A stretch of DNA of 64,000 nucleotides from Zygnema circumcarinatum SAG 698-1b (lineage: Eukaryota; Plantae; Zygnematophyceae). Positions 44,199 to 61,446 of the stretch are shown here, piece after piece (positions within the stretch are counted from its first letter, which is position 1; each line of letters opens with the position of its first letter). Below the pieces are notes generated by a model. It made no database searches. It saw only the letters and a list, made by a program, of their open reading frames with translations, and was not told where the DNA came from. The translations under genes were made by a program, and so were the position numbers. The DNA is taken from assembly GCA_037447605.1 (NCBI GenBank), contig CM074817.1:2542001-2606000 (forward strand), written 5' to 3'.

Positions 44199-45064
44199 TT
44201 AAGCGGCGTTTGCGAGCTCCTTCTCCTTGAGCTCTTTCAAGAGCTGCTGTCTCAAAGCATATGCTTCATGCTCCAGTCGTACGTCCTCCATCTGTACATA
44301 ACATCAATTCAGAAAACCTAAACAAGGTTATAAATATTCATTTACAACATCATCATAATGCAAGCAGATTCTAAACCTAAACAAGGGAAACTACACAAAT
44401 TCCAAAATTATAGAACGCCTGAGGAGTGCATCCTCAAGTGTGCTTGCAGTGAAGGACAGGGCATAGCAACCATGTTATCGAAAAAGATCTCTAAGGTTTT
44501 CAACACTCATCATGACAAATCCTCACAAACCAGCTTGTTGTTTCTGTTCCTTTCAACATTTGATATTCTGGCCTTGCAAAAAGATCCTAAAAAAAATTCA
44601 GGGAGATCCTTGGTTTTCATGGGGAGGGAGAAGGGAGGAAGAGAAAGAGGACGAACGCATCAGCTAAATAAGACATTTCCGTTCAAGCCTCTGAATATAT
44701 GGCAAAAATCCGGAAAAATAAACGAGGAGGGAAACAAACTGTCTGAATCGCATTCACTCAAGTCATCAGAAAGATCAGCACACCACCCTTTAAGCATCGT
44801 GCATGCCCAAGAGAATGCGAGGAAGGCAGAGAATGAATACATAAGGAGCGAGACAAACACATGCAAGAGACGGATAAGCGAATGAAGAGAGCGGTAGGAG
44901 AGAGATAGGAAGAGAGAGGGAGAGAGAGAGAGAGAGAGCGAGCGAAGGGGCCCTCTCACCTTCCTGTCCCGGCGCTCCGCCATCCAGACAAAGAGGCCGT
45001 CCATGGAGGTGACGCCCACGTAGGCGACTCCCACCATCGCCGCGAAGGTCCACATGCGCACCAT
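44199..45064 (-). CDS. Small (65 aa) single-pass membrane protein of unknown function (exons 45064-44960, 44291-44199)
   Basis: A GTGAGA donor and TACAG acceptor join in phase 0 to give MVRMWTFAAMVGVAYVGVTSMDGLFVWMAERRDRKMEDVRLEHEAYALRQQLLKELKEKELANAA*. A telo-box-like array lies just upstream. No family recognised. Confidence 0.55.
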
Positions 45065-45975
45065 GACGGACTCCTCCCTCTCCTCCTTCCTCTCCCTTCC
45101 TTCTCTCTCTCCTCTCGATCCTCTCCCTCTCCCTCACCTCCAAATTAGGGTTAAGGTTAGCGCTAGGGTTAGGATTAGGGCAAGAGGGAGGGCCTTTCTC
45201 GAACTTCATATTCGAACCTCCTCCAATGACGACTCGCCACGTGTACACGTTTGTACACGTGGCGTATTTCCACTGGCTTTGCAATGGACCTTGGCCGCGG
45301 GGGTAACTTCGATCGGCCTCGGTTTCCGAAACGACGACTTCGCCCAATTCCCTCCCCTTTCACAAAATTTATTTGTTGTTTTACTCTATTCAATTTACTT
45401 AATTGTTATTTATTAGAATGGCATGGCATGGGTCTCACACATGGGCATGCCATGACACAACATGAACAACAACCACATGGACAACATGGGGAACCACGAG
45501 GAGCCAACCAACCGCCCACAAAGGACCTAGGGATGATAGAACAAAGCCATGAGCGGACCTTGCTTCCATGCCCATGAGAAGAAAAGAGAGGAGAGAGAGG
45601 CAGCTCTGCAGCGCTTTCAAGCACAGCAGTTTTGCTTTCTAGTATCTGCGAATGAACGGCATAGGCGGATTACATTACATCAATCTAAAAACAAAAAAAA
45701 AGTTGAGCAAACTACGACTTTATGTGGTCGCAGAACCTGCAGCCCATCAGTATTTCTATCCTCTGAAGGCCACGACCTGCTGCTGCTGCTGTTGACTAGA
45801 CCTAAAGTCACACATTAAGGAAAGAAACAATGCAATTTTTAGAGTGGAAACGAAACAATTTGAGAGAACCGGCTACCGAGATGATGAGATTATAATTTCT
45901 GCCTTCCCCTAATGGACCACAGTGAGGCCAAACTCCTTTGGCCTCACTGTGCAGCCCATCATCCTGCATGCTCTG

Positions 45976-46092
45976 AACCCTAATTTCTCACTCTGTAACC
46001 CTAATTTTTCACTCTGTAACCCTAATTTTTCACTCTGTAACCCTAATTTTTCACTCTGTAACCCTGATTTTTCACTCTGTAACCCTATTTTT
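45976..46092. repeat. 21-bp minisatellite AACCCTAATTTTTCACTCTGT, 5 full copies plus a partial
   Basis: Copies start at 45976, 45997, 46018, 46039, 46060 and 46081. Confidence 0.92.
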
Positions 46093-48529
46093 TTAGGGTT
46101 GCCATCTCCGCAGCATGTTAAGCATGACCTGCGCCGCCGCCCCATATGTCGCCTCATTGTAATGCATGCCATCCTCCGTACAGGTCCCCCCACAATCATG
46201 TGACAGCTGCCGCAAGTCGACTTCAAAAACTGGACCCTTTGGCAGTAAAATTTTACTTTTCTGCACTCCCTTCGCATAGGCTTCAACCATATCCGGAGTC
46301 ATTCTCGCCCTCTTTCTCTCCGTATTAAGGCGAGAATTGATCAATTCCGGCATAGAAACCCACGCAAGAAAGGGCCACGAGGGTTTTCTCGCCTCTATCA
46401 GCTTCCTCTGAACCCCCACACTTCCTCTCCCCTCCTCTCCCTCCCTCTCCCGCATCTCTCTCTCTCTACTTCCGCCACTCCCCTCCTGCTTTACCGGCGA
46501 TTCCTTCACATGAACAGCCCCTCCCTCAGCTTGTTCCCTCGCTCTCTCTCCTTCCCTCCCTCCGTCTCCTCTCTCTCCTTCCCTCCCTCCCTCTCCTCTC
46601 TCTCCTTCCCTCCCTCCCTCTCCTCTCTCTGGGAGTCTAAGAAGCCGCCGTCTCGGCTCCTTCAAGGCGTTACAACCCTCCGATCTTAGAAGCTCAACAA
46701 CTTCTTCTCGCAAATCCACCATGGATGATTGGTAGTCTTTAGGGTCTGTGACCCATGCTAAGTGCCAAAGTGCAGCCCCCATGATCAACAATGTGGGGCA
46801 GTGGCCCTCTTCAATGAAAGAAGAAATCTCAGTAGTGATGTTTTCTGCATAAGGTCTCCATAGGAAGGAGACTTTCAACCCATATTCTTCAAATTCGTGA
46901 TCGAAGTCTGCGTGCCGTTTGAATAAGATGGGGCGAATGGGTTCTAATGTGGGCAGGATAAGGCGTAGTAAAGCGACAAGGAAGAAGCGCGTTTGGGAGT
47001 CGCCTGCGCCCAATTGCATACAAAAATATTCACTTACAGAAGCAAAACTACTTCAGAGAAACTGTTGGCGAGAATAGAATAAGCGCAATTCGAGATAGTT
47101 CAAGCTGCTTCAGCTTCTTGATCTAGATACATTTGATTTCTTGATTAAGTAGTCAGCCTTTGTAGACTCCGACACATTGTCGCTGGACCCTCTCCCTCTC
47201 CCTCTCCCTCTCCCTCTGCCTGCCACTTCCTCTCACCTCATCCTCCTCTTTTCGCCCCTTCAGTACTTACCTGCTCGCTACCTCTTCCTTTCTCCCACTT
47301 CTCCTCCCTTCCCGACTTCTCCCTCTCCCACTCCTTTGAAAACTTTATAACTCAGAAAGCAAAAAGGTTAGGGAAGAAATTCTGGAGAAAGAGGCGCTTC
47401 CTTTATAAACCCATTTTTTTAGCAGATAAAAAGGAAAGGATGTGCATGCAGTGATTTCCACATTGTAATTCTTCTGTTTCTCCTTCACATTTTTTCTCAT
47501 TCCTTTTTTCTTATTTCGTCCACTTTATCAAGCAGATTCAGCGGTGTTCAAAACCACAGACTTCATGCTGACAAATTCTGAACATATAGGAGACTCCCTT
47601 GCAAGCAATACTAAGAAAATGAGGGAAGGTAAGGGAAGAGGGAGGAAGGAGGAGATAGAAGAATAGAGAATCGAAGTACGAGAGAGTGCGAGCTAGAGGG
47701 AGGGAAGGGGGGAGATTGGGAGACTGAGGAAAGAAGAGTGGATGAGAGGGGAAATGCAAGAGAGAGAGAGTGGAAAGAGAAAGGACGGAGGGAGGAGAAT
47801 AAGAGGAGAGAGAATTGGCATACACAATACAAAGAGGCAGAGCACGAGGGACAAGGGAGAGGAAGGAAGGAGAGCAAGATTATATAAAGAGATAGAGAGA
47901 GGAGAGGGAAAGAAAGAGAGCGAAAGAGCCCAATTACCCGCAATAACGATCCAAGAATCCTTTAGTAAGCTCCGAGCCTCCTCAGCCTCCAGCTTGGAAA
48001 ATCTACATTGGTTAAGGGTCCTGGGCCTCCAATCCCACACTCTCTCCTCCTTCCTCTCTCTCCCATCTCCTCTCCCTCCTCCCTCCCCCAAAAGCAGCCC
48101 CCAGAATCCCCCATGCTTAGCCCACCAAGTCTCTCCCTCCCCTCTCCCGTCTCCCCCCTCCCTCCTCCCCTCCCCCCCCCTCTGCTCCTCTCCGGCCCCC
48201 TCTCCTTCTCCCCCCGCCCCTCCCTCTCCCTTTCCCTCTCCCACTCCCCGACTCTCCGTCGCATTCTTCCATTCTATCTCCTCCACTCTCCTTAAACATT
48301 TGTCTGCGAGAGCTGCCCTCCTTATGTGCTCCTCCACGTGTCCCACTCCCCGCCATTGCCGCCACTCCCGAGGAGAGAGAGAAAGCCCGCCCAGGAATCC
48401 GAGGCCCCCATTGAAGGAGAGTTGAATTGTGACATGGAGGGAGAGAGCGAGGATTGCCAGGCCGGCCAACCAGATGTAGCGGGGGGAGCGGGGGCGCGGA
48501 GTAGATAGCGAGAGGGGGGTAATAGACAT
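46093..48529 (-). CDS. AXY9: ALTERED XYLOGLUCAN 9-like polysaccharide O-acetylation protein (exons 48529-47938, 47003-46093)
   Basis: Type II TM anchor; WIVIAG|DSQTRFF (SGNH/PC-esterase GDS motif spanning the intron); LFKRHADF; LIMGAALWH; MPELINSRLNTERKR; CGGTCTEDGMHYNEATY (DGxH motif). Confidence 0.85.
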
Positions 48530-49154
48530 GCTGCTCTACCGGTGCCGCCGCTCCCGCTACCTCGCAGGAGAGCTTTCTGCCCCTCTCCCTCTCTTCCCCC
48601 TCCCTCTCTCCCACTCCCACTCTCCCACTCTCTCTCACTCTTTCTCTGACTCTGCTAATTTCACGTCCCCTCTCCCTAACTCCCTCTCCCGGCTTAAGCA
48701 CATATTCTAGACCAATTATGAGCCGTACCACTTTACTGTACGGTGAATCCATGCACGCCAGTACTACGGAACTGCGTCATATGGTCGTACCTTAGCAAGG
48801 ATCATATCATATCACGAAAATCTCGTATCGTATTCTACAATATCGTATCAAAGCATATCGTATCCTTAGATACGGAAAATAATTTGGACCAATCAGAAGG
48901 TGCAACTCTCCGATCGGGCTGACTACTGTACCGTATAATATCGGCCATAGGAATATATCGTATGCATCGTATCGAGATAAATAGATATAATATTGAAGGC
49001 AGTCTATATCGTACGGTACCAGGGGTCATGCTGCAATATTGGAGCAATCGGAGCGTTTGCCACGTGGCATTGACCGCAGAGGGCGACCTGCCACGTGGCA
49101 CCCTGCGAGCTTGGGAGAAGGTCTGCTGGACACGTGGCGCGGGCTGGTGGCAGG

Positions 49155-52222
<3,068 letters not shown>

Positions 52223-53274
52223 CAATGTTGTTCCATGTGTACAGTCTTTAGACCCTGGTTGGGTCTGCTGGTTCCATGTGTATAGTTTACAGTTGAACTG
52301 TTTTGACGGGTACTATGCTCCTGGTTCTCTGTTCCGTACATACATTTCTTTGGAGAACGGAGTTTATTGTGATTAGGTCTAATCTCTCTCGCCAGTGTTT
52401 CTCTTGCCACATGTTGTATGTCTGAATTTTTTGAAATTTAGTTTGTCGAGACGATTAGAACGTTGTAAAATTTGAAAAATTCATCGCCGTTTGTTGTAAT
52501 ACTCGCTTCCCTCCGTCATCTCTCTTTTATTATTTTTTTAAGTATATATTTGCAACCAGTAAAACTGACACAGCATGCCTTGTTTTGGGAGCTGAGCTTC
52601 CCGTTGCAAAAAAAGAAAAACATGTTTTATAGCAAGCGGTAGTTTTGTTAATATTCGCTGCGTCTTGTGTTGCTGCTATAGGAACACTTTCTTCTTTTCA
52701 GTAAACTTATTCATTTGTAAAGTAATAATTAGAATTAATTGAGCTCGAAATTAATTATCTAGGTATTCATTACACTGAACTCAAAGATACGATTCAACTC
52801 AACAGAATTTGTTGAATCTGTACTTAAAAAGTAAAATGCTCAAAATGTTTCAGCATTTGGTTTTACCGTAAAAGCGAGCGAGCGCAGCAAAAGACAAAAG
52901 TATTTTTCTTGCAATTTCAATATCGCTAAAACCAGAACCAGGCAGTATGCCAAACGTCAGGTTTTGGAGTTTCAGGGTTCAAAGGGTTCTAACTGCACCC
53001 TTCGAGTTGACTTTACTGAGGTTTGTCAAGTACTTTCTGCCGTTACATAAAGTGAAACATAATTCAAGGCAGGTTTTCGCCTCGACATAATCTGACAATT
53101 CTAAGCTTGGCCTATATCCATGTTAAATCTTCCAATCAAACTGAAAACAGTAAACTATGAAATGCAAACTGCAAATTATTGTGAAAAAATCTAAATTGTT
53201 TAGTTGTAATGTTTATCAATTTGTCGTTTGTCACATTTTGTAAAACCCCTTTTTTTTTTCTTTTTTCGAAAGCG

Positions 53275-55805
<2,531 letters not shown>

Positions 55806-56878
55806 GTTTAAAGCTTGCCTTTTAAGCCGGTTTAAGATGAGTTATAAGAAACCCAAAAGGAGATTAAAATGAAATTCAATAAAGCCTCAGAAAAACTAAT
55901 CAGAACCCACAAAATATGTTTTCTTTTTTATTCAAGATTTAGCTAAAAAAAAGTAAACTTTTGTGAAGGGCGCGCTGCGGAGAGGGCGGGAGCTGGTGCC
56001 CGCCTCGGCAGCTTGGCGGGAGGATATATCGAGAGACTGTCAATACATATCGTGTGGGCCAATACGTATCGGTTGACCTTGACTTTTAGCTCGTCTTAAC
56101 TTCTTAAGCCAATGATTAAATTCAAGCGGGAATTTTTCAAAATTATACTGCATACTTTTGTGAGCTAACTATACTTAGCAAGATACTGATTTTCGGAAAA
56201 ATAACTTCATTTGACTCCAATAAAAATATCAATAGTAACACATGATTGGCTCCAGTTCTGGAAGAAACTGTACGAAACCAATCAGGACCACGTCATTTCA
56301 TGGTTGTCAGAATTCAGAAGATGCCAGAACCGTATTTGTCGTTTGCGGATATTCGAGAACATATCGGCAAATTGCCGCGTCTCGAAATTGACGGCCAAAA
56401 CTTACCGGCGCTGGCCGGCCGGCGGTCGCTTTGCTGGCAATTCATTCTGTACGGAAATACTGCCAAGGTCCTCGGCCCTCGAGGACGAATCGTGAGGTGC
56501 CACGTGGCAGAAAGACGCCTTCCTATTGGCTTGATGCGGCGCCTACCACAAGTTTGAATTCCGAATTTGAAGTTTTTTTTGTACTTTGGAAAACTTGGTT
56601 TCCGATTTATTGCAGGAAACTTGGGGGCGCAAAACTGGAAAGAGATTGGAACCTAGAAACTCCAACTTTAACTGAAACTGGAACTGCAACTGAAGAAATG
56701 GATATTTGCCAAATCACGAGCAAGAAACAATTTTTGGTCTTCAAAATCTGTGAGCCTTTTCAAAGTTGGAAAGCCAAAATGCCACAAAAGGAGAGAGGGC
56801 AAAAAATCGAATTTCCCCTCCGTTCCATGCCCGTTACCCGTTTCAAACTGACTGCAGTTTAACGCCATACCGTTGTCT

Positions 56879-59800
56879 TCAACAGTTCTCTGTAGCATTC
56901 TTCACAGCCGCCGTTATTTTCGTTTTACAAAATGCAATTTGCGCTGCCTCCGTCTGCCCAACACAACATTGTGAAACCATCAACCATGAGTGTGGGCCAT
57001 GGAACCTCCCCAAGTCACCATGCTCACTCACATAACCACTGAACAAACACATGCCATGCGATGCGGCACACATGTACATGACATGAGATGGGACCCAACA
57101 TGGCATGCACAACATGGGTTGAGATACAACATGGGAAATGACACGCATGGGACACGCACACCATTGGATGGGCATGACATGAGACCCAACGACACATGCC
57201 ATGGATATGGCACATGGCATTGATGGCATTCACCATGCCAGCCATGCCATGGCATCCATCCATCCATGGCATGTCATGTCAGGCTCACATCTTTGACCAT
57301 CTCGGCGCAAACATTGGTGCAGTCCCCGCCCTCGCCCGCGTCGGGAACGAATGAGGGCAGGCGGGCGATGTGCTTCGAGCAGCCCTTCCCCGCCATGCAT
57401 GCAAGCACGCGCTCGGCAGCCTCGATGCCTGCATGCAGCGCCCAAGGACCAGGTGAAAGGAAACCAGTGAGCAAGCACAATTGGAAGCTGAACAAAAGTA
57501 AACTCAACTCTTACATTGATTGATTGTATGAAGCTTTAATAGGGTCCTATGGCGATGAAAAACAAGTAAACATAAACAATACAAGAAACGGAGTTCAGCA
57601 AATTGCGAGATTTGTTTGACCTGTTAAGTATCCTCCCTGAACGTAGCCGTTGTGCTCCTCGCTGAGGCCCTCACCCGCAAAGTACAGCCTTCCTAGCGGG
57701 GCCTGAATCCCAAAAAAGCCAAGAGAAGAAGCAAAATTTCTTTAAGAAGATAACAAATTACTTAAAAAATTTAAAATTACCTTCTAACAGATTCGAGTTG
57801 ATCGATATGGCAAATTCAACCACAACCCAAGATCTAAAAGTCAACATTAAGCACAAAAAACTCGTTCCCCGCTTACCTTCATTCTATCGAAGTCTAACGA
57901 GCTCATCCCAATCGGCCAGTTCGTGAAGCTTCCTCGAAAGTAGGGGTTCTTCAGCCAGGAAGAAACGAAGATATCATCCGCCATTGGAATGTTCGCACCG
58001 AACATTGTCCTCAGCACGGCCATGGCCTCCGCCAATGTCTCGTTGCTGCTCAGCCGCTCTATGCGCCGCGCTTCGTCGTCCGTTACACTTACAAAGAGGA
58101 TGTTCGACCCGGGGTACACATCCTCCAGATGCTGCACACAATAAGGATTTGCTCCTCAAAGGGTGGAAAGGGGGGGGGGAGAGAGGGCAGAGAGTGGGAG
58201 TGAAGATAGAGAGGAGAGAGGCTCAAAGCGTAGGGGGGGCGTTGGGGAGAGGTCAGAGAGTGGAAGAGAAGATACAGAGTGGAGAGTCTCAAAGGGTGTG
58301 GGGGGGATTGGGAGAGAGGGCAGAGAGTGGGAGAGGAGATAGAGTGAGGAGAGGCTCAAAGACTGTGAGGGGGGGGGGGGGAGAGAGGGTAGAGAGTGGG
58401 AGAGAAAATAGAGTGAGGGGTGGCTCAAAGCGTGGGGGGGGGGGGGAGGGGAGGGGCGGGGGGGAGAGGGAGGAGAGCGGGGAAGAAAATAGGGAGAAGA
58501 GAGGTTTAATTGCCCCAAAAATAAAGCACAGATCACAAGATCAGTACCTGCCAGACTGGATAGTATCCTCTTTTGGAATCCACGTATGCAAAGTAGTTCG
58601 TTAGCGGCCCTGTCGGCCAAAACGAAGACGGAAACTTGATAAAGATCTTAAGGAAGAGCGCCATGTCGTATTTGTAGATGGACTCGATCTTCCACGCCTG
58701 CCATATTGAATGAGGAGGCACAGGGTGTGGATTGAATTGAGCGCTGGGAATGTAGAGGCGTGAGCTTTGTGATCGACTATGAAGTGAACGAACAGGAGGG
58801 AGAGGAGATGACTCTTATCGGAAAGAGGATGAATAGAACATGGATCCAAAGGAGGGGACGGGAAGAGGGAAATTGAAACGGGGGAGGGGGGGAGAGGGAG
58901 TGAAAATGCGCAAGCGAGACAAGGAGCGAGTGAGAGAGAGGGAGAGAGAGGGAGCGAAAGGGAGGGAGAGGAACAGAAAGAGGTAAAGAGAGAGAGAGGG
59001 AGGGAGGGAGAGAGAGAGAAAAAGAGAGAGAAAGAGCAAGAGAGAGAGAGAGAGAGAAAGGCTTGATCACGGACGACCCCACAAAAATTCGTCCCTTGAC
59101 AATCACCGGAAGGTCCGGTACGAAGTCGATAAGCTTCGACTGAAGCACTCCGATGCTCACTGTCACGATCACGTGCTTGGCCGTATACATCGACCCATCG
59201 GTTGTCCTCACTGTCGCGCCATTCACGGAATACCTGATTCGATTCACTGCCTGGTACAATATGGCAACGGCAAGACATAGAGGAAATAAAACTGAAACGA
59301 ATGATCAGGGAAAACCTAGCGAAGCAAGGCATCCGTGTGTGCACTGCGCGCCATGATTGCTTTACATCAACTCCCTCTCCCTCGTCCTACCTCTCTTTCT
59401 CCCTTTCCTTCTGCCTTTCCTTCCCCCTCTGCCTCCCCCGTCCCCTTACTCTATCTCTTCCTCTCTCCCTCCCTCTATTGACGCACCTTTCTATACTTGA
59501 GGCGGGGGTCCGTCACTTTCCGCATTCCGCAACAGTAGAGCGGAACGCTGGTAAGGACGCTTTCGGCGAGGTGTTGAGGGAGCTTCTGGAAACCACGAGG
59601 GTCCGCCACAAATCTTTGGACGTCTCCGAAAAGTACGAACGTGCTAGAAGGCATTGTTCGCTTGAGGCTGCACACGCGCGGAGGCTCTGCAGAAAATGAC
59701 CAGAAGGGGATAAAGGGGTCGGTTTCAAGTAGACTTCACCCATGCTTGTGCATTTTCATTTCTTTGCTCCTTTGAAAGTTTCATTCATTCATTCACTCAT

Positions 59801-61446
59801 TCATTCATTCATTCACTCATTCATTCATGAGGAAGTGGCGTTATGTTGATTGTACCAGCATACTCGTAGTCAACATAATACCAATCACCGAGTTTTTCAA
59901 GCGGAGTCTCCGGAACACTGCCAGAGCAACACATACAGGACATAAACATAGAATGATTCGATTGGTTATTGAAGCAATGGAATATCTTATTCGCATCATA
60001 AACATCGAAATTTGAAGCTGGAGACTGAAAGTATAGTGAACTACTGAGTTGGTTTGGATCATTACAATCCTCCCAAGCGCTGAGCGACGAGTCCGGACGT
60101 ATCCGGCCGCCCATCTCTCGTGTAGTTTATTGCAAGCTCCTCCGAAAAAGTATAGGCCGTGTCAAGGGCCTCCCACGCTGCATCCACCTCGTCCTGGGGG
60201 ATACGCCCACTGAAAAGAAAAGAAACCAAAATCAAGTGATATTAACCTCCCGATCCCGACTACTCTGTGCCGCTTTCTACCTTCCACTCTCTACCTAGCC
60301 CCCTGCCCCTGCCCCTGCCCCCTGCCCCTGCCCCTGCCCCTGCCCCTGCCCCTGCCCCTGCCCCTGCCCCTGCCCCTGCCCCTGCCCCTGCCCCTGCCCC
60401 CTGCCCCTGCCCCTGCCCCTGCCCCTGCCCCTGCCCCTGCCCCTGCCCCTGCCCCCTGCCCCTGCCCCTGCCCCCTGCCCCTGCCCCTGCCCCCTGCCCC
60501 TGCCCCTGCCCCTGCCCCTGCCCCTGCCCCTGCCCCTGCCCCCTGCCCCTGCCCCTGCCCCCTGCCCCTGCCCCTGCCCCTGCCCCTGCCCCTGCCCCTG
60601 CCCCTGCCCCTGCCCCTGCCCCTGCCCCTGCCCCTGCCCCTGCCCCTGCCCCTGCCCCTGCCCCTGCCCCTGCCCCCTCCCCCTCCCCCTCCCCCCTCCC
60701 CCTCCCCTCCCCTCCCCCTCCCCCTCCCCCTCCCCTTCTCCCTCCCCCTTCCCCCTTTTTCCCCTCCTTCCTCCCCCCCTCCCCGTCCAGTCCCCATACC
60801 CCCCCTCCCCCCTCCCCCTCCCCTCCCCACCTCTCTCCGTATATGTTGGCGGTGAAGTTGTCATAGTTGGACTCCGCCGTGCGCAGTCCGACCTCCTCCG
60901 CGAGCTTAGCGATTGGGTTCTTCTCTTTCCCCCCGAGCCCCGCCAGCCAGTTCGCGCCCAACTCGATCTGCAAACCACGACTTTCCGCGCCTTCATTCAC
61001 AGCAAAATCCTCCCCAAAAACTCTCAATTTGGATTTTCGGGGCAAACTCCGTCACCTGGTAGCCGGCGAATTCGCCCTTCTTCATGCGCCCCCCGAGATG
61101 GTTGGTAGCTTCCAAAATGATGACGTCATTCACCCCCGCGTCGATCAGCGTCTTTGCCGCCGAGATGCCTGCAATGCCGCCATTCCTGACGTCATCAACT
61201 TTCGAGGTTTTGCATTCCTGGCGAGGAAAAAAGGAGCTTCTCTCCTGTATCTAATTCCCCACATTTAATAAATTTTCGCACATGGAGCCTCAGTTCTGCG
61301 ACTCCACCTGCAATGCCCGCTCCCACGATGATGACGTCAGCCGACATCCTCTCCTTCGCTCCCTCCACGGAGGGCGCGGTCAGAAGCAGCCAATGGGCGA
61401 CGGCCGCCAAAGTCACCAAGGTCTTCAAAGTCGCCGAAGTCGCCAT
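56879..61446 (-). CDS. PAO: Secreted FAD-dependent polyamine oxidase (maize PAO1-like), multi-exon
   Basis: Signal peptide; Rossmann fold VIIVGAGIAGISAAKTL..ILEATNHLGGRM; IELGANW; DWYYVDYEYAEPPRVCSLK; FVADPRGF; VIVTVSIGVLQS; KIFIKFP..FWP; GYYPVWQ; WLKNPYFRGSFTNWP; LYFAGEGLSEEHNGYVQGGYLTGI. Confidence 0.9.
60299..60672. repeat. (CCCCTG)n hexamer array in a PAO intron; (CAGGGG)n on the sense strand
   Basis: Read directly; occasional C5 variants. Confidence 0.95.

Noticed and set aside
45976-46092. CRISPR-like array
   Set aside because: Head-to-tail units with no unique spacers, no cas genes, eukaryotic context.
60260-61045. Gly-Ala / Gly-Gln repeat ORFs resembling EBNA1 or silk proteins
   Set aside because: Translation of the (CAGGGG)n PAO intron, which is bounded by good splice sites.
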